A stretch of DNA of 64,000 nucleotides from Octopus vulgaris (GCA_951406725.2 OX597839.1:16554001-16618000), one strand, 5' to 3'. Shown: positions 10,720-24,137, numbered from the stretch's first letter. Numbers and translations are program-made. The notes: generated from the letters alone by a model not told the origin.

Positions 10720-11550
10720 GTTAAACCTTCCATCAAAATTTCATGTTAAAATTAAATTCTAAATGCCAGCTTTATAACAACAAAGTTATTTTTAATAAAT
10801 TCTTCCTAATTTTCAAAATTAACCCTTTCGATACCAACCTGGCTGAAACTGGCCCTAGCTCTGTAGTACAAATGTCTTGCTTTCATAAGTTCTGAATTAA
10901 AATATTCCACCAAATTTTAGTCACAGTTCATGTTCTGAACACTAGCTTAATGATAACTAAGTTATCTTATTAAATTATATTTAAAATATAATTGAAAGAA
11001 ACACAGAGCATCTCAGAATAAATATGGTAACAAACGGGATACTGGAAATATATAAATGTGTGAACAGAAATATGGTAACAAAAGGGTTAAAGGGATTCAA
11101 ACTGAAAATTTCAATTAAAATTTAATGTTAATTTATATTCTAACCAGCAGCTTAATAATGACAAAGTTATTTCTTAATTGCAAAATTAATTGAAATGAAG
11201 GCAGTGTATTTCAGCAGAAATATGGTAACAAATGTTCAAATGATCTAAATGAAAGCCCTCCAATGAAATTCAATGTTCTAAACACCATCTTAATAAAGAC
11301 AAACTTATTTTACTAAATTCTTCATTATTTTCAAACTTAAATGAAACAACAGCAGTATATTTCAACAGAAAATTGGTGACGTAAGTGTTAAAGTTATCTA
11401 AACTAAAATCTTCCATCAAAACTCGGCGCTAATTTATGTTCTAAATGCCATCTTAATAACGACAAAGACAGTTTAGTAAATACATCATTATTTTTTAAAC
11501 TGAAAGGAAGGCAGCGTATTTCAACAGAAATGCAGTAACGAAAGGGTTAA
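10720..11550 (+). repeat. Tandem/nested cluster of TTAA-MITE-derived units (~140-150 bp)
   Basis: Five to six diverged repeats (cttccatcaaaattt...cagcttaataatgacaaagttattttactaaattc...cagaaatatggtaacaaaagggttaa) similar to the 3' part of 7803-8023. Confidence 0.75.
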
Positions 11551-12773
11551 TCATACAGCCAAGCCTGCACTTAAAACACATTAAATCAAATACATACATA
11601 TTTGTTTGCACACATTGACTCATGCATTCATAAATTTTTTCTCAATTTTCTTGAGTTAAAAAATGAAAGCCTTCCAACCTGAATTCTGAGAAAGAAAACG
11701 TTAAGAAATTTCTAATAGAAATTATATAAATGTGCACCCATCCATAAATAACAATATAAATACAATATAAAATAATACAACATTATATATATATATCTTA
11801 GATATATAAAATATATATTAAATATATATTATATATATTAAATATATATACAGCACATATATGTTTATATTTTTATACATAACATATTCACTAAATATTC
11901 CTTTATTATTATTATTATTATTATTAGAAATGGATAAAGCAACTTACAGCCATCCCTGTATATATTAACAGCAGTGGGATGGTAATTATCACAAGAGACC
12001 CCCAAGACAGCAGGGGTGTGTGTGCTAATCAAGTTGCATGGGACTTAGGTGAAATGAATGCCATCCAGGTTGGATGCTGTTGAATTGCAGTTAGGCAGGT
12101 TAGATTCCAGAAAGCAGGGATCAAATTGTGTGTGTGGATTCAAATTCAAAATGGTCGATGACTGGCATCACACTTGAAACTCAAGAGTACTAACAAATTT
12201 GAATCAAACTGTTTTGATCCATATATATATATACACACACATATATAGATATTTACACACATACATATATAGATATATACACACATACATATATAGATAT
12301 ATACACACATACATAAATTTATGTGTGTGTGTGCATCTATATGTGTGTATGTGTAAATGTGTACATACACATACATACACAAACGTACATATCTATGTAC
12401 ACGCATTTGTGTTTTGCAAAGTCTTAAAGAGATATTATATAGTATTATCATTTATAAGCAGCTGGTACCGGTAACTGGTACTTACACAAAAGAATTCCAC
12501 CTGATTGAAGGTAAAGAATGGAGAGCTGTGAATACCAATGGACATGTAAAGCACCAGCATTCGTCAGGCTAATGATTATGGAGTAAATATTTTAATTACT
12601 CTCAGATTTATCATTAAATGCTCAACTCTAAGCAGTTGAACACAGATCCTTTTAAACTTGTTACCCACTGGAAATATAATAATAATAATAATAACAACAA
12701 CCAAGGAATATGGAGTGAGCAAGTCTCATTTCATTGAGTTATAATTGTTGCAAATTAATGAAATAAAATGAAG

Positions 12774-12779
12774 TTTATT
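12774..12779 (-). terminator. Candidate polyadenylation signal of PPP1R7
   Basis: AATAAA on the minus strand about 620 nt after the stop, followed by U-rich sequence; other candidates exist (e.g. 8305-8310). Confidence 0.35.
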
Positions 12780-12879
12780 TATATAAATATGTGTATGTGT
12801 GTTTGTGTATACACACACATATGCATACACACTCATATATATATATATGCTCTGACTCTCTGTCTCTCTCTCTATATAG

Positions 12880-12918
<39 letters not shown>

Positions 12919-13396
12919 CACACAGATAAATAGACACCCAAACATAGAATAGCTTCATTAAATACGCCTATTTTTCATATAAATGCACACACATACACAC
13001 ACACACGGAGTCTGGTAGAGAATGTCGACATGTGCGTCTGTTGCTACAGTGGCATCCATGTATCTGGGATGCCGTGGCCTTCAGCAATACAGATTTGGTT
13101 CAGGAAGCTACAAACTAGCAGCTTATCTAAAGCTTTTTCAGCCAAGTCCACTGAAGATTGCTGCTGTGTCGAAAAATCTCATTACCAGCATGAAACCATG
13201 GTCACAGAAGAGGTAATAACAGTTACTACTAAACTGACACAGACACATACACAATAAAAAAAAAAACATGTTGGAACTTTGTACATATGTAAAGATTAAA
13301 AATGAAGACAAGAAGAAAAATACCCAAACAAAGGAACAAAAAAAAAAAACTAGTAACAGGAAGTTTAAATCAAGGGAGGGAAATAAGTGGCTCCCT

Positions 13397-13594
13397 CTAA
13401 CGACAATATGTGGCATCAATTTGTGTTACCTGTGGCAACATTAATTTGACTTTCCGTCGATAGGCTGGATCTTGGCAGTTCTTCTCACTAGGTTCGTACC
13501 AAATTGTGTTGTGCTCGAGGTAGACGGTCCGTAGTTCTGCTAAGCAGGCCAACTCCTTCAGGTCATCCCAGTTAGAAAGCTGGTTGTTGTTAAA
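13397..13594 (-). CDS. PPP1R7: PPP1R7 coding exon 8, last (FNNNQLSNWDDL...TVYLEHN...DPAYRRKVKLMLPQVTQIDATYCR*)
   Basis: ctgtAG acceptor after a pyrimidine tract; 198 nt including TAG at 13397-13399; LRR-cap motif YRRKV...LP.V.QIDAT; total protein 335 aa. Confidence 0.95.
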   Translation of the reverse strand, partial: FNNNQLSNWDDLKELACLAELRTVYLEHNTIWYEPSEKNCQDPAYRRKVKLMLPQVTQIDATYCR

Positions 13595-13840
13595 CTACAG
13601 AAAAAAAGAAAGAAAAGAAAAGGTAAACCCAGGCATGGCAGTGTGGTCTTGGGTTCAGTATCACTGTGCAGCACCTAGGGCAGGTGTCTATTACTCAAGC
13701 CCCAGGTGAATCAAAAACTGTGTGTGGATTTGGAAGATAGAAAACTGAAAGTAGCCTCTTGTGTAAAGCAAGCAAGGAGGCAGGTGGGCAGGCAAGCAAG
13801 CAAGCACACACACTATCTATTTCTTTGTCTATACACATAT

Positions 13841-14302
13841 CATCATCATCATCATCATCAATTAGCATCCGCTTTCCATGCTAGCATGGGTTGGACAGTT
13901 CAACTTGGGTCTGGGAAGCCAGAAGGCTGCACCAGGCCCAGTCTGATCTGGCAATGTCTCTATGGCTGGATGCCCTTCCTCACGCCAACCACTCCGTGAG
14001 TGTAGTGGGTGCTTTTTACGTGCCACCGGCACAGGTGCCAGACGAGACTGGCAAATGGCCACGATCGGATGGTGCTTTTTATGTGCCACCAGCACGGGGG
14101 CCAGGCAAGGCTGGCAACGACCATGATCGGATGGTGCTTTTTTTGTGCCACCAGCATGGGGGCCAGGCGAGGCTTGCAACAACCATGATCGGATGGTGCT
14201 TTTTATGTGCCACCGGCACGGAGGCCCGTCGGGGCGGCGTTGGCAACAGCCACGTTCGGATGGTTCGCTTACGTGCCACCGGGTTTGCTTACGTGCCACT
14301 GG
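13841..14302 (-). mobile_element. RTE 3'-end-derived short element with a ~62-bp internal tandem array
   Basis: Matches LINE 3' UTR 30040-30315 including the (GAT)n tail; further copies at about 18321(-), 18900(-), 24235(-), 25631(-), 31740(+), 34860(-), 37310(-), 41760(-), 44400(+), 46380(+), 47430(-), 50846(-), 51810(+), 54110(+), 54812(-), 56718(+), 58425(-). Confidence 0.88.
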
Positions 14303-14529
14303 CAGTAACTTTGAAGTTTCAGCTAGCGGATGATGGCTTAGCTGCCTGAAATTTCCAAGTCACTGTCAACAACATTCTTGTACAAGAATAATAAATCTGT
14401 ATTCTACATAAGTATAGAGTAACCCATCAGATTAATGTAAAATTGTTTTTATTACAACTGAACATAAAAATAAATATTCTGATGCATAAAATATCTGGAT
14501 TAGTAGGATATGATCCAGTCACCAGGAAA

Positions 14530-15140
14530 ACTAATTAAGGTTAATCAGGAAGGTGTCAATCCCAATGATAAACATAGCAGCAAGGTAGTCAACTGCTACA
14601 AGAGTAAAGAAGATGCTGGACCAAGTCATGAAAGCTATGGAAAGAGTTATAGCTCAGTTAATTGAGAAGAGAATTAGACAAGAGGAAATGCAGTTGAGCT
14701 TTGTGCAGGGGAGAAGTGACACTGACACTATCTCCTTAGTCATACAATTGCCAGGGGATAGTATCTTGCTCTGTGATATGGTGGTCCCTGAGGAATTTAG
14801 GATTAGGTGAATGGCTTGTGAAAGCTGTACAAGTCATGTATAGGGAGTGCTATCAATAAGGTAAGTGTTAACCATGAGTACAGTGAAGAATTTAGTATAC
14901 AAGCAGCTGCTCACCAGGGCTCAGTTCTCCCTCATTCATCATCATCCTTCAGGCCATAACAGAAATTTAAGACAGGCAGTCCATAGGAACTACTATATGC
15001 TGATGACCTTGTTCTCATAGTGTTATTAACAGAGTTTGAAAAGAAATTTCAGGTGTGGAAGCAAAAGCTGGAATCAAAGGGTCCTAAAGTTAACTTAGTA
15101 AAGACCTAAGTTCTTGTAAGCAAGAAAATAGTGGAAACAC
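14530..15140 (+). pseudogene. Degenerate RTE RT fragment
   Basis: LDQVMKAMERVIAQLI; nucleotide similarity to about 28240-28930; frameshifts and stops. Confidence 0.8.
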
Positions 15141-15989
15141 TGATTGTGTTTACATCTCTGTAACTTACCAGTTCGCCAAAGGGGGCCAATAGAGTAAGTA
15201 CCAAGAATTTTTTTTTAAATGTACTAGGGTTGATTCATTTGACTAAAATTCCTCTAGGCAATGCCCCAGCATGGCCACAGTCTAACGATTGAGACATGTA
15301 GAAGATAAAAGATTGCAACGTGATAAATTATGACACAGATTTTAAAAACTCACACCTCCACCCCACAGAGAAACACTCCAAATAGTTACATATACAAAAA
15401 AAATATATGTTTAAATACATTATGGTAATAGGACATGGCCATGATTCTGTCAACTGATCTAGTAACCTGTTTCATCAGCTTCGAATGAAACAGATAATTG
15501 TGTTTGCTATTGACAAGGTCACAATCACAGCTGGCTGCTAATTTGTATATATTTCAGAGTTGTATTTATTTGGCAAGTGACTTGATTTGTGATTGAAATA
15601 TCTCACATTGGCCAGTTTAATCATTAAACACACACACACATATGCATACATATACATACATACATACATACATACAAAGGGCTTCTTTCTTTCAGTTTAT
15701 GCCTACCAAATCCACTCACAAGGCTTTGGTTGGTCCAAGGATATAGTAGAAGACACTTGCCTAAAGAGCTATGCAATGAGACTGAACCCAGAACCATGTG
15801 GTTGGGAACCTAACTAATTACCACACGGCCATGTCTGCGCCTATATTGAATTTTCTAAATTATTAACTGTTTGCTGATCAGTTCTGCTAAAATATACCTC
15901 GAGTCAAACAAGTTAAGATGAGTTATGATCAACACACGTCTGAGTAAGTCATATCATTATCATAACAGTCATCTTCATTTTAATATCCA

Positions 15990-17345
15990 CTTCAGGTGTG
16001 GAAGCAAGGTCTAGAACCAAAGGGCCTTAGAGTCAATCTAGCAAAAACTAAAATGTTAATAAGTAGGAGGGTTGACAAATCATAAATCCCTTCAGGTAGA
16101 TGACCCTGCTTGATATTTAGGAAAGGCGTAGGTAGACACTCCATAAGATGTACCCAGTGTAAGCTATGGACACTGGACACATAAGAGGTGCAATATTATC
16201 AAAGGAAGGCTAACTGTGATGATAGTTTTTGTGTGAGGCAAATGCTCAGGGGCAATAAACACTGAGAATGTGCAGAAAACAGCTTCCGACACATGCCAAG
16301 GGAAAAAACTATTACGTTAGGTGACCAAGTTGGTAGCGGGGGTGGATGCTCTGAGAGTGTAGCTACTAGAATAAAAGGGTAAAGTTCAGAGAGCTCGTAC
16401 CTCTGTTGGTGACAAAGGGCTTCTCACTCAGAGTAAAAGGTAGAATGTATGATGCATGTGTACGAACAGCCATGCTACACGGCAGTGAAACATGGGCCAT
16501 GACTACTGAGGACATGTTTACACATGTCCTCAGTAGTCATGGCTTGCAAGAGATGAAGCTAGTAAGCTCTGCTGGATGTGTAATATCAGTGTGCATACAT
16601 GACAGAGTGTAAGCACCCTGAGAGAAAAGTTGGACATAAGAAGCATCAGATGTAGTGTGCAAGAGAGACGACTGCACTGGTATGGTCATGTGCTGCGTAT
16701 GGATGAGGACAGCTGTGTGAAAAAGCGTCACACCCTAGTAGCAGAGGGAACCTGTGGAAAAGGTAGACCAGGAAGACCTGGGTCAAGCACGACCTTCGAA
16801 AGTTGTGCCCCACAGAGGCGATGATGAATGACCGAGACCTTTGGAGATATGCTGTGCTTGAGAAGACCTAACAAGCCAAGTGACACTGTAACCATGGCCT
16901 ATGCCAGTAGAGCATAACTGGCTTGTTTAAGAGTACCCTTCAATCATTGGCCAATAAACTGTGCTTGCAAAGACCTGTTGAGACAAGTGAAGTTATTTTT
17001 CAAGGTTGATGCCAGTACCGCCTGACTAGCACCCGTACCAGTGGCATGTAAAAAGCACTATTCAAGTGTGGGCATTGCCAGTGCTACCTGACTGGCTCCC
17101 ATGCTAGTGGCACGTAAAAAGCAGCATTCAAGTGTGGTTGATGCCAATACCACCTAACTGGCCCTCGTGACGGTGGCACATACAAAGCACCCACTACACT
17201 CTCAGAGTGACTGGCATTAGGAAGGGCATCCAGCTGTAGAAACCTTGCCAGATCAGATTGGAGCCTGGTACAGCCTTCTGGCTTGCCAGTCCCCAGTCAA
17301 ACCGTCCAACTCATGCCAGCATGGAAAGTGGACGTTAAATGATGA
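15990..17345 (+). mobile_element. Degenerate 5'-truncated RTE LINE copy
   Basis: Similar to 28850-30315 (RVKGRMYDACVRTAMLHGSETW; QERRLHWYGHV) with frameshifts, 3' UTR and GAT tail. Confidence 0.88.
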
Positions 17346-17459
17346 TTTTCCATACTCACACAGGACGGACAGAATTTGTAGAGACAGATTTTCTACGGAT
17401 GGATGCTGTTTCCTGATACCAACTCTCACCTGTTTCCAAGCAAGGTAAATATTTCCTCA

Positions 17460-17762
17460 TCTCTATATATATAAATGGCAAAATATCTTTCTGTGTGTGC
17501 ATGTCCTTTATACAAATCCACAATTTTTCAGTTAGAGGGCTCGCACTTTCTAAGGTCATTCAAAACCGTCCAAGGGTGGTCGTGCATATCTTTACATTTC
17601 CCCAGTCACCCCGCAAAGCCATTAAAAAATCAATAGAAGTGACTTTTTTTAAAGAATTTTCTATCCAAAACCCAATCAAAATGCCCGAAACTTGATACGC
17701 CAATTGAATGTCAGCTAGTATTACTAGCATTATGACCCGGTCTTGCCGGGTCATAGTGCTAG
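17460..17762 (+). mobile_element. Non-autonomous Helitron
   Basis: A|TC 5' end, hairpin TATGACCCGG-tcttg-CCGGGTCATA (17731-17755), CTAG|T 3' end, no TSD. Confidence 0.88.
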
Positions 17763-19492
17763 TAATACTATAAAAGAAGACACTTGCCCTGTATAGTATG
17801 CAGAAGAAACTATGTGTTCACAGTAGATAGAAGAGTGATGAGATATGTAAACTCACACACACACACAGATACACAAAGCAATGTACAAACAAAAGAAAAC
17901 AGCACTCAACACATGCTATGCAAGTTAAATGCTAGTATTAACAGATTAGCATAGATTTAAATTTCTTATAGTATTACATATGCAAAATGCATGTTTGATC
18001 AATAAGATGTGATGATACTATGTAGTGAGGTAGCCACAGCTTCTAGATAAGACCAACTTTCAGTGTCCAATTAGCCAGTTTGTGTCACATGATGAAATCA
18101 ATATAGATAACTGCTTCGTGGCTGCCGGATGGCCACTGAATTGGAGCAACTGTGGTGCAGTAGATAAGAATAGTTTCCCTTGCTTTTGTCAGAAACTAAG
18201 ATTGAAGGACAATGTTAATAAGTAATGGATGAAAAACAAACTAATCTGATGGCAATAATAAGAAAGTTCAGTGTTTTCTTCAATGTTTTTTAACCAGATT
18301 TCTTTAGAAAAATACAGTGCCATTCATCATCATCATCATCATCATCGTCGTTTAACATCTGTTTTCCATGCTGGCATGGGTTGGATAGTTTGACTGAGGT
18401 CTGGAGAGGCAGCAGCTGCATCAGGCTCCATTCTGATCTGGCAAGGTTTCTATAGCTGGATGCCCTTCCTAACACCAACCACTTGGAGAGTGTAGTGGGT
18501 GCTTTTTACATGCCACCAGCACAGGAACCAGTCAGGCGGATGTGGCATCGACCACGTTCGAATGGTGCTTTTTACGTGCTACCAGCACAAGAGCCAATCT
18601 GTCCTTGAGCAAGACATTTCACGTTGCTCCAGTCCACTCAGCTGGCAAAAATGAGTTGTACCCGTATTTCAAAGGGCCGGCCTTGTCACAATCTGTGTCA
18701 TGCTGAGTCTTCCTGAGAACTACGTTAAGGGTACACGTGTCTGTGGATTGCTCAGTCACTTGCACATTAATTTCATGAGCAGGCTGTTCCATAGATTGTA
18801 TCAGCTGGGACCCTCGTCGTTGTAGCCGACAGAGTCCTCCTCCTCCTCCTCCTCATCATCATCATCATCACCACCACCACCACCACCACCATCACCATCA
18901 CCATCATCATCATCGTTTAACGTCCGCTTTCCATGCTAGCATGGGTTGGACGGTTCAACTGAGGTCTGGGAAGCCCGAAGGCTGCAACAGGCCAGTCAGA
19001 TCTGGCAGTGTTTTTACAGCCGGATGCCCTTCCTAACGCCAACCACTCCCTGAGTGTAGTGGGTGCTTTTTATGTGCCACCGGCACAGGTGCCAGACGGG
19101 GCTGGCGAACGGCCACGCTCGGATGGTGTTTTTTTATGTGCCACGTATATATATATATATATACACACACACATATACATAAATATACATAATCCAAAAA
19201 AGAAGATAAAGAAAGAGCTTATTGCATCTTTAATGATCAGTTACAATTGATTCTGTAGCAACTGTTTTTAATGTCAATTCATGCTAAAGTTCCAGGATGT
19301 TTATGGGTTCTAAACATTAGCATGGCACTTTGCAAGGCGTGCATCAAAAACGCACTCTTGCCCTGTGCATCTGCCACATGTATTTTCCTTTATCAAGGAG
19401 AAACGAATGTAGGTAGCCCCATGTTCGGTTTAAGTGCTGCTTTGGAAACACCCCATCGTTCCACCCTTCCAGAACTTTAATACACACACACA

Positions 19493-20543
19493 TCTCTTAT
19501 GATAAAAGGCAGATTTTCTCTGCCTCCCAAACCGTTCGTTTTTTATACAATTGTACTATATAGAATTTCTTCAATTGGAATTTACCTACGATTTTTACAA
19601 GTAGATTCGATTGGGTCATGGCATGTAAAGTTTTTTCTATTTGACCCCCAATTAAGCAAAAATTCAAGAAAAGTAAATATTTTACGATTTGCCTCTCTAA
19701 TTTCAACTGCTTCACTCAAACTATTACCACACTTTCTGCTACTTTCTCTTTGCAAGTGTACACACACATAGACACGCAAACATATACATATACGATAGCC
19801 TCTCTCATTTCAAATGCTTTCCTCCGTTTTTTTCGGGAAGTTCTTTTGAAGTTGGTGTGCATCGGAAGCATTGATGTACATGTGTGTGTGTGTTTGATAG
19901 GGTGTGCGACACAGAAAGTGTGGTGTGTAAGTGAAGTGCTTTTGTTAGTGTGTGTAAAGAGACAGAGAGAGTAATGTTGTGCTGTGTATGTGTGAAAGAC
20001 AGAGATAACTGAACTTTTTTATTCACTTTTAGTAGTGAGTGACTGAGAGAGAAAAGAAGAGAGAGAGGCTATGTATGTATATATGTATGTATGGCTTCAG
20101 TGACACACACACAAAAACACATACCTACGTACACCTAAGGCACGCACACACACACACACACAAACGGAGCGCGAACTTCAAAAGAACTTCGCGCTCTATC
20201 TATCTGGTTTGCCATTCCTCACACATGCACACGCAAACATATACATATATGACAGTGACAAATACAAACGTTTCAAACAACTACATACAAACACTCAAAC
20301 ACACATGTGTGTTTGTTATTAGTAAAAAAAGGCGCCAAACACAATTCATTTTATCATTCGAACACATTTGCAAACACACACCGACGGTCGAATTGCCATA
20401 ACTCAACAGAAAAGGTAAATTGGTTTTTAATTTACTTTCTGTCACTAAATTTTGGTAGTATTAATTGGCGAGCGTACTTCAGTGGTCAATTGTTGACAGA
20501 AAGAAATTGTAAGCTAAGAAGGTGTGTTTATATGTGTGTGTGC

Positions 20544-20576
<33 letters not shown>

Positions 20577-20640
20577 TGTGTGTACGAAGTGAAGGATAAA
20601 AATATGGCAAGAAGTGGACAGATGTACATATATACATACA

Positions 20641-20695
<55 letters not shown>

Positions 20696-21369
20696 GTATT
20701 AATGTGTGTGTTATCTCTCTCTATATAAAGCTGAAGTTGTCTGTGTGCGGCAGGTTTGGTAGCCTTCAACTAACACTTATCTCCTCCGAGACCCTGCGGC
20801 GCAAGTTGACCAAAATTGAGAGTATGATAGAAGAAGGGTTGCTCTTCCTTCTGTTATTATGTGTGTGTGTGTGTGTATTAGCAATTCGTATAAAATTGCA
20901 TCAATGACCTGAACTTGAATAAGTGGTTTCACATAAATGGGGATAAATTAAAAAGGTTTGTTGTTATTATTATTACTGTTTGACTATTGTAATCACGTTT
21001 GTTGGTTCCTCATCAGGGAAACGTTGTTGTGTTGCATTTGTTAAATAATTGTAAACCGTAACCCTCCCCCCTTTCGGAGCAGGGGCTTTGGTTATTGTTT
21101 CAAAATTGAATTGTGTCCCTGTTTGGGGAAATTGACAATATTTTCACCGTCTTTACGGAAGCATTTTTGTTAAAATGCCTTCGATAGAAGAAAGTCCAAA
21201 AATGAATTTCGCTGCAGCCATACACTTCTATACAAGAGGGAGGACAAGATCCAATTGATCGAAATTGCAAGAGACGGGCCTACAATTCCAGTCTGTTATA
21301 TATTTTGAGTATTGTTATCATTAGCGATATCAAGATATAACCTTCTATTTTGTATTTTATGTGTAGATG

Positions 21370-21403
<34 letters not shown>

Positions 21404-21467
21404 TATGTACATGTAATATGTACATATATATATATATACACATATATACATGCATAATATATCTACC

Positions 21468-21503
<36 letters not shown>

Positions 21504-22820
21504 TAGGGGCAGGTGTGGCTGTGTGGTAACAAACTACGTTCGAAGATACTGTACTTGATATGGGCGGTAGTGCCTTGCCGGTCTATGGCCTACCTTCAAC
21601 AAACCGGGAAGGCACAAACACTCTGTCTTCACATTTGCTGCGTGAGACATGTTTTAATGTTGACGAGCTTGTCGAGTACATAGCCGACAATGAGCCAAAG
21701 CTCCTTCCAGAACAGAAGTTCGCTTACAACTCCGTTGTTAATTCAGTCCGGGCCAAAGCTGTGGGGATATTTTTCCTGGCCGCTCCTGGGGGCACTGGGA
21801 AAACTTTTGTCAACGAATTAATATTGGCTGAGATTAGGCGAACACAAGGCATTGCCTTAGCTGTGGCATCATCTGGAATTGCGGCTACTTTGTTGCCAGG
21901 CGGCAGGACAGCTCACTCCACTTTCAAGCTTCCGCTTGACTTAGCGAAGACTGAGACACCAACTTGCAACATCAGTAACAGCTCCGATCAGGCAGAAGTC
22001 TTCAGACGATGCAAGCTTATTGTTTGGGATGAATGCACGATGGCCCACAGAGACATCAAACACTCTTCAGCTCCCATGGGAGGCATAACACTTCTTCTTT
22101 CAGGGGACTTCCAACAAACACTTCCCGTTATTTCCAAAGGGACTACAGCTGATGCAGTAAGTGCGTGTCTTAAATCATCCACATTGTGGCCACTGGTGAA
22201 GACTTTCAAACTTCACACCAATATGCGTGCTCATATGCGACGTGATATCACATCAGCAGCATTTTCTCACACCCTTCTTGCACTTGGCAAAGGCAAAATA
22301 CCAGGGGATGAAAATGGTAATATTGCCATCGATTCCATTTGTACCATTGTTAAAACGCCTTCTGATCTCAGAGATGCAGTGTTCCCAGATCTACAAGCTA
22401 ATTATCAGAATATGGATTGGATTGGCCAAAGGGCTATTCTGGCCCCGAGGAATAAAACTGTTCACCATATTAATGATGAAATGCTAAAATTCATTCCTGG
22501 GGATGTCTATGTATATAAGTCTATCGATACAACTCCTGACCCAGAGGACGTCATCAACTATCCAATAGAGGTACTCAATTCCTTTGAGCACCCCGGACTA
22601 CCACCACACATTCTCAAACTTAAGGTTGGTGCCCCTATAATGCTCATTAGAAATTTGGTTCCCCCAAAACAATGCAATGGCACACGTTTGATCGTTAAGT
22701 TCTTATCTCCCACCGTAAACTTATATCAATATTTGCCTGAATAATCATCATAATTCAGTGCAATCATTAACAGTACTTTCAAGCAATTCAGCCTCGAGCA
22801 TCGCCGGGCAATTCTACTAG
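19493..22820 (+). mobile_element. Composite internally deleted Helitron
   Basis: A|TC start at 19493 (tentative); 3' GC hairpin at about 22791-22809 then CTAG|T at 22817-22820; carries the helicase fragment; 20455-20850 is shared with the element at 33853-34793. Confidence 0.7.
21560..22744 (+). pseudogene. Helitron RepHel Pif1-family helicase fragment
   Basis: APGGTGKT (Walker A), IVWDECTM (Walker B), LSGDFQQTLPV, LKVGAPIMLIRNL..CNGTRL; no Rep domain, C-terminus missing, apparent short in-frame deletion after MAHR. Confidence 0.88.
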
Positions 22821-23279
22821 TTTATATATAAACACTAACACATGCACACAAATATAGATATATATAGGCGCAGGAGTGGCTGTGTGGTAAGTAGCTTGCT
22901 AACCAACCACATGGTTCCGGGTTCAGTCCCACTACGTTGCATCTTGGGCAAGTGTCTTCTGCTATAGCCCCGGGCTGACCAATGCCTTGCGAGTGGATTT
23001 GGTAGACGGAAACTGAAAGAAGCCTGTCGTATATATGTATATATATATATATGTATGTGTGTCTGTGTTTGTCCCCCTAGCATTGCTTGACAACCAACGC
23101 TGGTGTGTTTATGTCCCCGTTACTTAGCGGTTCGGCAAAAGAGACCGATAGAATAAGTACTGGGCTTACAAAGAATAAGTCCCAGGGTCGATTTGCTCGA
23201 CTAAAGGCGGTGCTCCAGCATGGCCACAGTCAAATGACTGAAACAAGTAAAACAGTAAAGAGAGTGTATATATACTCAC

Positions 23280-23366
23280 CCAAAAATCACCAAGATTGAC
23301 TAAATGGCAGACATTTTCTATTCTCTGTATTTTGTTACAGGCAAGATCAAGGACTGTTAACTGGGT
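23280..23366 (-). CDS. PPP1R7: PPP1R7 coding exon 7 (TQLTVLDLACNKIQRIENVCHLVNLGDFW)
   Basis: ttcAG acceptor, TGG|GTGAGT donor, 87 nt; ends in FW as in Sds22. Confidence 0.95.
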
Positions 23367-23699
23367 CTGAATAAAAACAAAAGCAAAACTGAATACACAC
23401 ACACACATATATATATAAATATACATACATACATATATGTAAGTATATGTACATTAGAAATACATGAATTAATACATACCCATACATTTTCTTGTATCAA
23501 TATTCTGATCTTTGAACTGAGTCTAAACAGAAAGCTAAAACATTACACATACACACACACGTGTGTGTGTGCATGTGTTAGTGTTAGTGTGTATGCATGC
23601 ATAACTGTTCTGTATTTTCTGGTATATAAGCTGACACAACACGGTACGTAGTGTAAACATTCAAACGGCATCACTATCATTCCAAACCTTGTTGATATA

Positions 23700-24137
23700 G
23701 CCATGGTTCATGGTCTCAAGAATTTGTCTTATGAAGAAAGGCTGAAGACGCTCGACCTTTATTCTCTAGAAAAATGCCGCCGCTGTGCTGATCTCATTCT
23801 TGCTCACAACATCATGAGCGGAAAGTGTAACCTCTCGAAAGAGCTGTTCTTCACTCCTGCTCCAGAGCGTCGGCTGCAGGGTCATTCCGAAAAGCTGTAC
23901 CTGCGATGATTTCATCTCAATCAAAGGAGAGGGGCTTTCTCCATCCGGGTTGCAGATCCGTGGAACAAGCCGCCAGACGAGATGGTGAAGATGCCGACGA
24001 CCGCTTTGTTCAAAGTCTCCCTTGACCTCAAGTGGACTGAACTCTTTACATGAACACCACCCTGTACATAACTCCATGTCCCCCTACATGGCTTTGCTTT
24101 TTGCTTTTGAGCTAAAAAATTAACTAACTAACTAACA
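23700..24137 (+). mobile_element. CR1-clade LINE 3' fragment
   Basis: LSYEERLKTLDLYSLEK..R.ADLI C-terminal motif and (AACT)n tail; closely similar inverted copy at 36205-36750. Confidence 0.8.

Noticed and set aside
13421-13432. Possible internal donor CAG|GTAACA in the last PPP1R7 exon
   Set aside because: Read-through encodes the conserved VTQIDAT end followed by a stop, so no further intron is needed
20990-21025. CTGATGA...AAACG on the minus strand as another hammerhead
   Set aside because: No G12, no stem I complementarity and no valid cleavage triplet
21560-22744. Host PIF1 helicase gene nested in the intron
   Set aside because: Intronless, truncated and followed by a Helitron hairpin-CTAG end, so it is transposon-derived
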